Source: Candidatus Eiseniibacteriota bacterium
GTDB taxonomy: Bacteria; Eisenbacteria; RBG-16-71-46
Direction of reading: 5' to 3'
Assembly: GCA_031370785.1 (NCBI GenBank)
Contig: JANMQY010000054.1
Location: 1 to 24,249, forward strand
DNA length: 24,249 nucleotides
The position numbers and the translations under genes are program-made. Shown here piece by piece: positions 16,391-24,168 of the stretch. The notes beneath the pieces were generated by a model. That model saw only the letters and a list, made by a program, of their open reading frames with translations. It did not search any database and was not told the DNA's origin. The first letter of the stretch is position 1; each line of letters begins with the position of its first letter.

Positions 16391-17433
16391 AGCCTTCCCG
16401 CGCGCGCCGCGAGCACGAGCGCGATCTGCTCGGCGAAGCTGATTCCGCTGAGGTAGGCGCCTTCCAGTCCGGCGTCCGCCGCAAACGCGTCGCCGATCAG
16501 CGCCACGCTTCCGCCGCCGCCCGACTCGAACGCCAGCGCGTCGGTCAGGCGCTGCGCATCGGGAATACGCGCGTCGTGCCAGACATGGGTCTGTGCCCAG
16601 CGCGGCGACTCCGCGCGGGGTTCGAGGATCTCGCCCAGCTCCCACAGAAGCTCGGCCTGCCACTCGGCCGGAGGATCGGCCAGCCGCTCGCGTGAGTAGC
16701 CGGGGCGCGCGTGCAGCACCAGCACACGCTCGGCCGGATGCTCGCGCTTGCTCGAGTCGTGAACGATCACGTGCAGCATGGTGGTCTCGAGCGGGTTCCA
16801 CAGGTGGAACGGCGCATCGAACGCGGCCGGGTCGTAGCCGGCCATCACGGTCAGCGTCGGGATCGGCTCGATCGCAGTCAGCGCTTCGAGCTTGGAGCGC
16901 GAGTTCGACCAGCCGCTCACCAGCGGCTCGGCGAGGCGCAGGCTCTCGCGCACGTGGCACGCCAGCACCACGAACGGAGCGGCGGCGTGCGAGCCGTCCG
17001 CGAAGCGCACCTCGACGCGATCGCCGCGATCGGCGAGCGCGGTCGCCTCGTGCCCGAGCCGCACGTCGACGGTGTGCCCGAGCCACTTCGGGAACTCGCT
17101 CACTCCGGCGCGGCGCGCCATGCGCCGGCGGCCGGGCTTGAGCGCGTCGGGATGGAACAGCAGGCGCGGCTCACGCACTTCGGTCGGCCAGCCCAATACC
17201 TTCCCCGCCGGGTCCAGCTCGTTGAGCGCTTCGCCGAACTCGCCGCTCTTCGCGTGCAGGAACGGCAGGCCGTGGTCGACCGGCTGGCCATTGATGCGCC
17301 GGGTCGCGCAGCGCCCGCCCACGCCGCGAGCGCGCTCGAAGACCACGTTCGAGATGCCGCGCGCGTTCAGCTCGCGGGCACATGAGAGGCCGGCGACGCC
17401 GGCTCCGACGATGATGACGCTGGGCTCGCTCAC
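16387..17433 (-). CDS. Renalase-like FAD-dependent oxidoreductase (COG3380-type)
   Basis: GAGVAG dinucleotide fold, FERARGVGGRCATRR, DHG, C-terminal GD...EGAYLSG. Start GTG 17433. Confidence 0.85.
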   Translation of the reverse strand: MSEPSVIIVGAGVAGLSCARELNARGISNVVFERARGVGGRCATRRINGQPVDHGLPFLHAKSGEFGEALNELDPAGKVLGWPTEVREPRLLFHPDALKPGRRRMARRAGVSEFPKWLGHTVDVRLGHEATALADRGDRVEVRFADGSHAAAPFVVLACHVRESLRLAEPLVSGWSNSRSKLEALTAIEPIPTLTVMAGYDPAAFDAPFHLWNPLETTMLHVIVHDSSKREHPAERVLVLHARPGYSRERLADPPAEWQAELLWELGEILEPRAESPRWAQTHVWHDARIPDAQRLTDALAFESGGGGSVALIGDAFAADAGLEGAYLSGISFAEQIALVLAARAGRL

Positions 17434-17441
17434 GGACGTCG

Positions 17442-17470
17442 AATATACCACCGCGATTGTGATAACAATC
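17442..17470. promoter_or_regulatory. Divergent control region: extended -10 (minus) and palindromic operator-like site
   Basis: Minus strand TG-G-TATATT (-10 at 17447-17442) is 8 nt from GTG 17433. Palindrome GATTGT-GATA-ACAATC at 17455-17470. Confidence 0.55.
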
Positions 17471-17503
17471 CCGCATGCCCCCCTGCGCCCGGCTGGCCGC
17501 GGC

Positions 17504-18808
17504 ATGAAGACTCCCGGCGCCGCATCCGCGCCCACCGACGCCGCCAGGCGCCGCGCGATCCGGGCGTGGTGCTGGTACGACTGGGCCAACTCCGCGTTCG
17601 CCACCAGCGTCAGCGTGGCGATCCTTCCGCCGTTCTTCGCCTCGGTCGCGAAGGGCGAGGGGTTAGCCGCGAATGTCGCGACCGCGTACTGGGGCTACGC
17701 GTGCGCCGCGGGACTCCTCATCGCCGCGTTCGGTGGACCGATCCTGGGTTCGCTCGCCGATCATCTCGGAGCGCGCAAGCGCATCCTGTTCTGCTGCGTC
17801 GTGGTCGGCGCGCTCATGACCGCGGTGATCGGGCTCGTACCGTGGGCGGGATGGCGCGGGCTGCTCGCGCTGTTCGGCGTCGCGTTCATCGCGTACGCAA
17901 TGGCCAACGTGCTCTACGACTCGCTGCTCCCGACGGTGACGGGACCCGAGCAAGTCCACCGCGTCTCGGCCCGTGGCTTTGCGTACGGCTATATCGGGGG
18001 CGGCATTCTGCTCGCGCTCAATCTCGCGTGGATCATGCGCCCTGCGATGTTTCACCTGGCGAGCGCGGACTTTGCGACCCGGCTCTCGTTCGTCAGCGTG
18101 GCGGTGTGGTGGCTCGGGTTCTCGATCCCGCTGTTCCGTGATGTGCCGGAGCCGCCACCGGTGCACGAGCCGATCCCCGCGAACAAGCTCATGCAGGCCG
18201 TGCTCGGCCGCATCTGGCAGACGCTGCTCAGCCTGCGGCGCCAGCCCGAGCTCTTCCGGTTCCTGATCGCATTCTGGCTCTACAGCGACGGAATCGGGAC
18301 CGTGATCAAGATGTCGACGATCTACGGCAGCGAACTCGGGATCGGCACCGGCAGCCTGATCGGCGCGCTGCTGATGGTGCAGATTCTCGCGGCTCCCGCG
18401 AGCATCGTGTTCGGGCGAATCGGGCAGCGCTACGACCCGCGACTCGCGGTCGCGATAGGACTCGGCGGCTACGTCGTGATCACGATGATCGGCTACTTCC
18501 TCTCGAAGCCGTGGCACTTCTGGCTTCTCGCAGGCCTGGTCGCGATGTTCCAGGGCGGGACCCAGGCGCTGTCGCGCTCCATGTTCTCGCGCCTCGTGCC
18601 ACGCCGGCAGCAGGGCGAGATGTTCGGCTTCTACTCGGTGAGCGAGAAGCTCGCCGGGGTGGTCGGCCCGATCCTGTTCGGCGTGGTGGCCCAGCTCACC
18701 GGCTCGGGAAGGCTGGCGGTGCTCACCCTGCTCCCGTTCTTCATCATCGGCGCCTGGCTGCTGATGACCGTCGATCTCGAGAAAGGCGCGGAGCGGGCAG
18801 GAAACTGA
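17504..18808 (+). CDS. MFS transporter, UMF1/YxiO (Atg22/BtlA-like) family
   Basis: AWCWYDWANSAF, YDSLLP, GYIGGG, YSDGIGT, GGTQALSRS, FGFY motifs; about 12 TM; in-frame ATG 17504. Confidence 0.9.
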   Translation: MKTPGAASAPTDAARRRAIRAWCWYDWANSAFATSVSVAILPPFFASVAKGEGLAANVATAYWGYACAAGLLIAAFGGPILGSLADHLGARKRILFCCVVVGALMTAVIGLVPWAGWRGLLALFGVAFIAYAMANVLYDSLLPTVTGPEQVHRVSARGFAYGYIGGGILLALNLAWIMRPAMFHLASADFATRLSFVSVAVWWLGFSIPLFRDVPEPPPVHEPIPANKLMQAVLGRIWQTLLSLRRQPELFRFLIAFWLYSDGIGTVIKMSTIYGSELGIGTGSLIGALLMVQILAAPASIVFGRIGQRYDPRLAVAIGLGGYVVITMIGYFLSKPWHFWLLAGLVAMFQGGTQALSRSMFSRLVPRRQQGEMFGFYSVSEKLAGVVGPILFGVVAQLTGSGRLAVLTLLPFFIIGAWLLMTVDLEKGAERAGN

Positions 18809-18810
18809 GG

Positions 18811-19824
18811 TCAGCGCTTCTTCTTCATCGCGCTCTTCTTCACCGCCTTCTTCTTGCCCGCCGCCTTGGGCCCGGCGATCACCGCTTCGACTTCCTTCCA
18901 CTCGGCGGCACTCAGCTGAACCTCGGCGTATTTGAGGTTCTCTTCGAGCTGCTCGATGCGTGAGGCGCCGATGATCGCGCTCGAAACCTGTGGCTGGCGC
19001 AGCACCCATGCCAGTGCGACCGGAGCGGGCTTGAGGGTGCGCTTCTCGCACCAGGCTGCGAAGCGCTCGGCGGCCGCGACGTTCTCGGGCGTCAGCGCGT
19101 GCTCGGAGGTAAGGAAGTGCCCGAATTTCGTCTTGGCGCGGCTTCCCTCGGGCGTCGCGCCGGCGGCGTACTTGTTGGTGAGCACGCCCTGCGCGAGCGG
19201 CGAATATACGATCATGCCGATGCCGTTCGCCTTGCAGAACGCGGCGTGGCCCTTCTCGACGTGGCGATCGAGCAGGCTGTAGCGCGGCTGGCTCGAAACG
19301 AAGCGGGTCCAGCCACGCGCCTTCTGGATCGCGGCGGCACGGCGCGCCAGCGCCGGATCGCGATCGAAGTTGGAGAAGCCGAGGTAGCGCACCTTGCCGG
19401 CGCGCACCAGATCCTCGAACGCCTCGAGCGTCTCTTCGATCGGCGCATCATTGTCGGGCGCGTGCGCCTGATAGATGTCGACATACTCGACTCCGAGCCG
19501 CCTCAGGCTCTGATCCATCGCATCGAAGATGTGCTTGCGCGAGAGTCCGGCGCCGAGCGGCCCCTCCCACACCCGACCCATGCACTTGGTCGCAACCACC
19601 ACCTGCTCACGCGGCAGAGTGCGGAGCGCCTTGCCGAGCACGGTTTCGGCAGCGCCGCGCACGTACACGTCGGCGGTGTCGAACAGGTTGACGCCGAGCT
19701 CGAAGGCGCGATGAACGATGCGGATCGCCTCGGTGTCGTCGACCGAGCCGCCGTAGGTGGTCCACGAACCGAGCGCGAGTTCCGAGACCTTGAGGCCGGA
19801 GTTGCCGAGACGGCGGTAGTTCAT
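18811..19824 (-). CDS. Aldo/keto reductase (Kv-beta/Tas-like) with Lys-rich C-terminal tail
   Basis: YRRLGNSGLKVS, FDTADVY, ATK, YQAH, YSPLAQGVLT, IIGASRIEQLEEN. ATG 19824 with GGAG; minus -10 TATCAT at 19875-19870. Confidence 0.92.
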   Translation of the reverse strand: MNYRRLGNSGLKVSELALGSWTTYGGSVDDTEAIRIVHRAFELGVNLFDTADVYVRGAAETVLGKALRTLPREQVVVATKCMGRVWEGPLGAGLSRKHIFDAMDQSLRRLGVEYVDIYQAHAPDNDAPIEETLEAFEDLVRAGKVRYLGFSNFDRDPALARRAAAIQKARGWTRFVSSQPRYSLLDRHVEKGHAAFCKANGIGMIVYSPLAQGVLTNKYAAGATPEGSRAKTKFGHFLTSEHALTPENVAAAERFAAWCEKRTLKPAPVALAWVLRQPQVSSAIIGASRIEQLEENLKYAEVQLSAAEWKEVEAVIAGPKAAGKKKAVKKSAMKKKR

Positions 19825-19914
19825 CGAGGGACTCCGTGTGAGATCGAAGGGGCGGCGCAGGAGTCGCGCATGATAACGGGGGCCGCGGGGGCGCACCAGC
19901 GCGCTTCCGTGACC

Positions 19915-19943
19915 TTTCACCCATGCGGAATCAGGGTTAAGCT
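19915..19943 (+). promoter_or_regulatory. sigma70-type promoter, predicted leaderless transcript for the FdhF/YdeP gene
   Basis: TTTCAC (19915-20), 17 nt, TAAGCT (19938-43); ATG follows 6 nt later at 19950 with no SD. Confidence 0.5.
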
Positions 19944-19949
19944 GCGCAC

Positions 19950-22262
19950 ATGTCCCATCCCATGGACTCGAGCGGGGGCCGCTTCCGCCTGCGCGACCTG
20001 ATTCCGTTCGGTCCAGGACGCCATCCGCGCCCGCGGCCTTTCCTCGAGATGGCCGAGGTGCTGTGGGAGAACCGCGACAACCTTCCCTACGCATGGCGCA
20101 TTCTCAATCACGGGGTGTGCGACGGCTGCTCGCTCGGGCCGCGCGGGCTGCGCGACGATGTGATCGACGGCATCCACCTGTGCATGACGCGCCTGAAGCT
20201 GCTCCGCCTGAACACCATGGGGCCGGCTCCGGACGACGCGCTGCGCTCGCTCGCTCCGTTGCGCGCGCGCAGCAACGAAGAGCTGCACCGACTCGGGCGC
20301 CTTCCCTACCCGATGATCCACCGCGCCGGGAGCGACGCGCTCCATCGCCTGTCGTGGGATGAAGCGCTCGGGATCATCGGCGAGACGCTGAAAGACGTGC
20401 CCGGCGAGCGGATGGGATTCTTCGCGACCTCGCGCGGGATCGTGAACGAGACCTATTACGCGTTCACCAAGGTCGCGCGCCTGATGGGCACGAACCACGT
20501 CGACCTGTGCTCGCGGATGTGCCACGCGGCAAGCGTGGCCGGGCTCAAGGACACGCTCGGCGTGCCCGCGCCCACCTGCTCGCTCAAGGACATGATCGGC
20601 AGCGACCTCGTGGTGATCTGGGGCTCGCACCTCGCGAACAATCAGCCGGTCACCACCAAGTATCTGACCTACGCGAAGCGCCAGGGCACACGCATCCTGG
20701 TGGTGAATCCGATGCGCGAGCCCGGACTCGAGCGCTACTGGGTGCCGAGCGACATTCGCAGCGCGTTGTTCGGCACGAAACTCATGGACGACTTCTTCCA
20801 GGTGGGCGTGGGCGGAGACATCGCGTTCATGCACGGCGTGCTCAAGCACCTGATCGAGCGCGGCTGGTGCGACGATGGGTTTGTGAGCCAGCGCACCACG
20901 GGCTTCGACGAGTTGAGCGCGTACGTGGCCGCACTCGACTGGACGACGCTCGAGAAGATGGCGGGCCAGACGCGCGCCGAAATGCTGCGCTTCGCCGAAT
21001 ATCTCCACAATGCGAAGAGCTGCGTGTTCGTGTACAGCATGGGATTGACCCAGCACCGATTCGGCGTGGACAACGTGAAGGCGCTGGTCAATCTTGCGCT
21101 CGCGCGCGGATTCCTGGGCCGCGAGAAGTGCGGCATCATGCCGATCCGCGGACACTCTGGGGTTCAGGGCGGCGGTGAGTGCGGCGTCGATCCGGAGAAG
21201 CTGCCCGGCGGGTTCGAGGTCGCCAACGACGCCGATCGCGCTCGCTTCGAAAAGCTCTGGGGCGCGCCGATCCCGGCATGGCCGGGACACCGGACGTTGC
21301 AGATGCTCGAGGCCGCGCACCGCGGCGAGACCGACTTCTTCTACTCGCTCGGCGGCAACCTGCTCGAGACCATGCCCGACCGCGCCTACATGCAGGAAGC
21401 GCTCTCGCGGGTAAAGCTGCGCGTGCACCAGGACATCGTGCTCAACACCTCCGCCCTCCTGCCGGGCCAGATCGTCGTGCTGCTGCCCGCGCAGACGCGC
21501 TACGAGACGCCGGGCGGCGGTACCGCGACCAGCACCGAGCGCCGCATCCGCTTTACCCCAGAGATCGAAGGCCCGCGCATTCACGAGGCGCGGCCGGAGT
21601 GGCAGATCCCGGTCGAGGTCGCGCTCGCCGCGCGGCCCGAGCTGGCGCACGCGTTCGCGTGGAAGGGCACGCCCGAGATCCGCGCCGAGATGGTGAAGGC
21701 CATGCCGCTCTATGCGGGAGTCGAAACGCTGGAGAAGGAAGGGCAGTGGGTGCAGTGGGGCGGCGAGCGTCTGTTCAGCGACGGGTTCACCCGCATGAGC
21801 GGAGGGCGCGCGCGATTCACCTGTGTGACGCTGCCCGCGATCGAGATCCCGCCCGGCAAGTTCTACCTGACTACGCGGCGCGGGAAGCAGTTCAACAGCA
21901 TGAGCTACGGACAGAAGGATTACCTGATGGGCGCGGGCGATCGGCGCGACGTGCTCATCAATCCTGAGGATGCGGCCGCGCTCGGGGTAAACGACGGCGC
22001 CGAAATTCTTCTGCGCTCGGACGTGGCCGAGTGGGTCGCCATCGCGCGCAAGGCGCCGATGAAGGCGCGCCACGTGCAGGCCTACTGGCCCGAGGCCAAC
22101 GTGCTCATCCCGCGCCGATTCGACCCGGTCAGCGGCGAGCCGGACTACAACTGCTACGTGACCGTGGACCCGGTGGTCGAGCTCGGCGGAACGACGCCGG
22201 CGCTGGTCGCCGAGCCGCGGATCACGGGCGACCCAAGGCGCGTGGAGGCGCAACCTGCATGA
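19950..22262 (+). CDS. FdhF/YdeP-family molybdopterin oxidoreductase (CbbBc/Fdh4-like)
   Basis: CDGCSLG...HLC, GRLPYPM, SWDEAL, DLCSRMCH, SMGLTQH, PIRGHSGVQG, TERRIRF; C-terminal molybdopterin-binding domain TRRGKQFNSM...PEANVL...PDY. Confidence 0.9.
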   Translation: MSHPMDSSGGRFRLRDLIPFGPGRHPRPRPFLEMAEVLWENRDNLPYAWRILNHGVCDGCSLGPRGLRDDVIDGIHLCMTRLKLLRLNTMGPAPDDALRSLAPLRARSNEELHRLGRLPYPMIHRAGSDALHRLSWDEALGIIGETLKDVPGERMGFFATSRGIVNETYYAFTKVARLMGTNHVDLCSRMCHAASVAGLKDTLGVPAPTCSLKDMIGSDLVVIWGSHLANNQPVTTKYLTYAKRQGTRILVVNPMREPGLERYWVPSDIRSALFGTKLMDDFFQVGVGGDIAFMHGVLKHLIERGWCDDGFVSQRTTGFDELSAYVAALDWTTLEKMAGQTRAEMLRFAEYLHNAKSCVFVYSMGLTQHRFGVDNVKALVNLALARGFLGREKCGIMPIRGHSGVQGGGECGVDPEKLPGGFEVANDADRARFEKLWGAPIPAWPGHRTLQMLEAAHRGETDFFYSLGGNLLETMPDRAYMQEALSRVKLRVHQDIVLNTSALLPGQIVVLLPAQTRYETPGGGTATSTERRIRFTPEIEGPRIHEARPEWQIPVEVALAARPELAHAFAWKGTPEIRAEMVKAMPLYAGVETLEKEGQWVQWGGERLFSDGFTRMSGGRARFTCVTLPAIEIPPGKFYLTTRRGKQFNSMSYGQKDYLMGAGDRRDVLINPEDAAALGVNDGAEILLRSDVAEWVAIARKAPMKARHVQAYWPEANVLIPRRFDPVSGEPDYNCYVTVDPVVELGGTTPALVAEPRITGDPRRVEAQPA

Positions 22263-23299
22263 CGGAACGAAAGATTCCCGGGGCGGCATGGTTGGGCCAG
22301 CATCGGACCCTGGCCCTGCGAGTGTTGATCGTTCTGCTGCTCATCGTCGTCGGCGTCGAGAGCTTCCTTCTCTATCAGCAGCGCCTGGTCAATCGCGCCA
22401 CCGCCACACATACCGCCAAACTGCTCACTGCATTCCTGCAGGGCGACACCGCGAAGGCCGCTTCGGCGTCGGGTGTCTCCATGCGGCTCGAGAACGTGCG
22501 GTTCAAGTGGTCGGACAAGGTCTATATCGATGCCGGCAACATGGCGGTCCGGGCAGTGCCGGTGAAGGGCACGGTGGTCGATTTCGACGATCTCGAATCT
22601 TTTCATCTCGCGCTTCAGCAGTCGGTCGTGCTGATCGGACCCGACGTCCTCGAAGGAATGATGAACGAGAGCGTCTTCAATTTCCCTGGATCCAGGGTGC
22701 GCGACCTCAAGGTGAAGCTGCTTCTGGACGACAAGGGGCAGCACGCGGTGCGTCTCTCCGGAAAGGTGAATACAGGGGTCTGGATTCCGTTTGAAATGCT
22801 CACCCACCTGTTGGTGGACTCCAGGACGAACACGCTGGTGATCGATGTCGACCACGTCAAGGCATTCGGAATCGTTCCGGCGACCAAGTTCCTCAACTGG
22901 ACTCCGTTTCACCTGGACCGATTGGTCGCCATGCCGCCGAACAACAGCATGATGATCGACGGCAAGAAGATCATGGTGAAGCCATTCGCGCTGTTTCCAC
23001 CGCCGCGGATCCAGGGGCAGATGACCGAGGTCACGGTGGACGACAAGAACCTCCGCCTGACCTTCGCCGGCAATCCGATCCCGGCTCCGAAGTCGTCCGC
23101 GAAGAACTACATCTACCTGAAGGGCGGCACGTCGCAATTCGGCAACTTCCGCATGTACGACACCGACGTGCTGATCGTGGATCAGGATCAGTCCGACCCG
23201 TACGTCTTTTCACTGCTGCACTACGCCGACATGATCCCGAAGAGCAATGTGGAGGTTCACGACACCCGTTCGGTCCGGATCACGATGCCGGACTTCTGA
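22259..23299 (+). CDS. Hypothetical single-TM-anchored, beta-rich exported protein
   Basis: ATG 22259 overlaps the upstream stop (ATGA). TM segment LALRVLIVLLLIVVGV is followed by a soluble beta-rich domain; normal protein-like composition. Confidence 0.8.
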   Translation: MTERKIPGAAWLGQHRTLALRVLIVLLLIVVGVESFLLYQQRLVNRATATHTAKLLTAFLQGDTAKAASASGVSMRLENVRFKWSDKVYIDAGNMAVRAVPVKGTVVDFDDLESFHLALQQSVVLIGPDVLEGMMNESVFNFPGSRVRDLKVKLLLDDKGQHAVRLSGKVNTGVWIPFEMLTHLLVDSRTNTLVIDVDHVKAFGIVPATKFLNWTPFHLDRLVAMPPNNSMMIDGKKIMVKPFALFPPPRIQGQMTEVTVDDKNLRLTFAGNPIPAPKSSAKNYIYLKGGTSQFGNFRMYDTDVLIVDQDQSDPYVFSLLHYADMIPKSNVEVHDTRSVRITMPDF

Positions 23300-23344
23300 G
23301 TTCCGTCGTTCGCGCTGAAGCAGGCTTCGCAAGGAGGACGCAGC

Positions 23345-23986
23345 ATGAAGGTCGGCATACTGGGCACCGGGGATGTCGGGCGTGCGCTTGGAGGGGGTTT
23401 CGTCACCCTCGGGCACGAAGTGAAAATGGGATCGCGAGATCCGGACAACCCGAAGGCCAGGGAATGGGCAGGCGCCGTGGGACCCGCCGCCTCGGCGGGG
23501 GCGTTCGCCGATGCCGCGGCGTTCGGCGAGATCCTCGTGCTGGCCACGCTAGGAGCCGCGAACGAGAGCGTGATCCGCGCGGCGGGCCAGAAGAACTTCT
23601 CGAACAAGGTCGTGATCGACGCGACCAATCCGCTCGATCATTCGAGCGGTACTCTCCGGCTCTTCGTGGGTCACACGGATTCGGGCGGCGAGCAGGTGCA
23701 GCGCTGGATCCCGGATGCCCACGTGGTGAAGGCGTTCAACACCGCGGGCAACGCTCACATGTTTCAGCCGCAGTTTCCGGGCGGCCCGCCCGACATGTTC
23801 ATCGCCGGCAATCAGGAAGCGGCCAAGCGCGCGGTGGGCGGAATACTCAAGGACTTCGGGTGGGGCGTCGTGGACCTCGGCGGCATCGAAGCGTCGCGCG
23901 CGCTCGAGGAGATGTGCATGGCGTGGTGCTTCTACGGCTTCAAGACCGGCGGCTGGAACCACGCGTTCAAGCTGTTGCGGAAGTAA
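23345..23986 (+). CDS. F420-dependent NADP oxidoreductase-family (COG2085) dinucleotide-binding protein
   Basis: GILGTGDVG, GSR, VIDATNPL, SGGEQVQ, VVKAFNT, DLGGIEASRALE; SD AGGAGG. Confidence 0.88.
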   Translation: MKVGILGTGDVGRALGGGFVTLGHEVKMGSRDPDNPKAREWAGAVGPAASAGAFADAAAFGEILVLATLGAANESVIRAAGQKNFSNKVVIDATNPLDHSSGTLRLFVGHTDSGGEQVQRWIPDAHVVKAFNTAGNAHMFQPQFPGGPPDMFIAGNQEAAKRAVGGILKDFGWGVVDLGGIEASRALEEMCMAWCFYGFKTGGWNHAFKLLRK

Positions 23987-23998
23987 CAGCCCCTACCT

Positions 23999-24117
23999 GT
24001 AGGGACGGATCGGCGGGTGCTCGCTGGCTCGCGGGGGCCCCCGTCGCCCCCACCCCTCCGAAAACCCCACCGCTCCTGGCCCCACTCGCCTTCGAGCACC
24101 CGCCGATCCGTCCCTCC
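23999..24117. repeat. REP/MITE-like element with 23-bp perfect inverted repeats
   Basis: AGGGACGGATCGGCGGGTGCTCG (24001-24023) and its exact reverse complement (24093-24115), separated by a 69-nt C-rich spacer. The outer ends read GTAG/GGAG. Confidence 0.75.
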
Positions 24118-24168
24118 TCGCGCGCCACTGCTCTCCCCGCCCCGCACGTAACCCCTATTTGCCGCCTT

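Noticed and set aside
17434..17503. ModE box or Moco riboswitch for modABC
   Set aside because: Only a partial ATATA half-site is present, without the second TATAT arm, and there is no room for an aptamer.
11488..20094. Extended N-termini from the ORF track (starts 12627, 12547, 15229, 15825, 17086, 17604, 16892, 20094)
   Set aside because: They overlap neighbouring genes or promoters. Downstream starts have SD sites, stop/start coupling or domain boundaries.
10829..22262. Selenocysteine recoding in the redoxins or the FdhF-like enzyme
   Set aside because: All catalytic positions are ordinary Cys codons in uninterrupted ORFs.
115..22289. Long antisense or alternate-frame ORFs (e.g. 6350-9160 minus, 19917-22289 minus, 1648-3411 plus, 13931-15337 plus)
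   Set aside because: They are Arg/Ala/His-rich shadows of well-supported genes, expected where high GC makes stop codons rare, and they show no family motifs.
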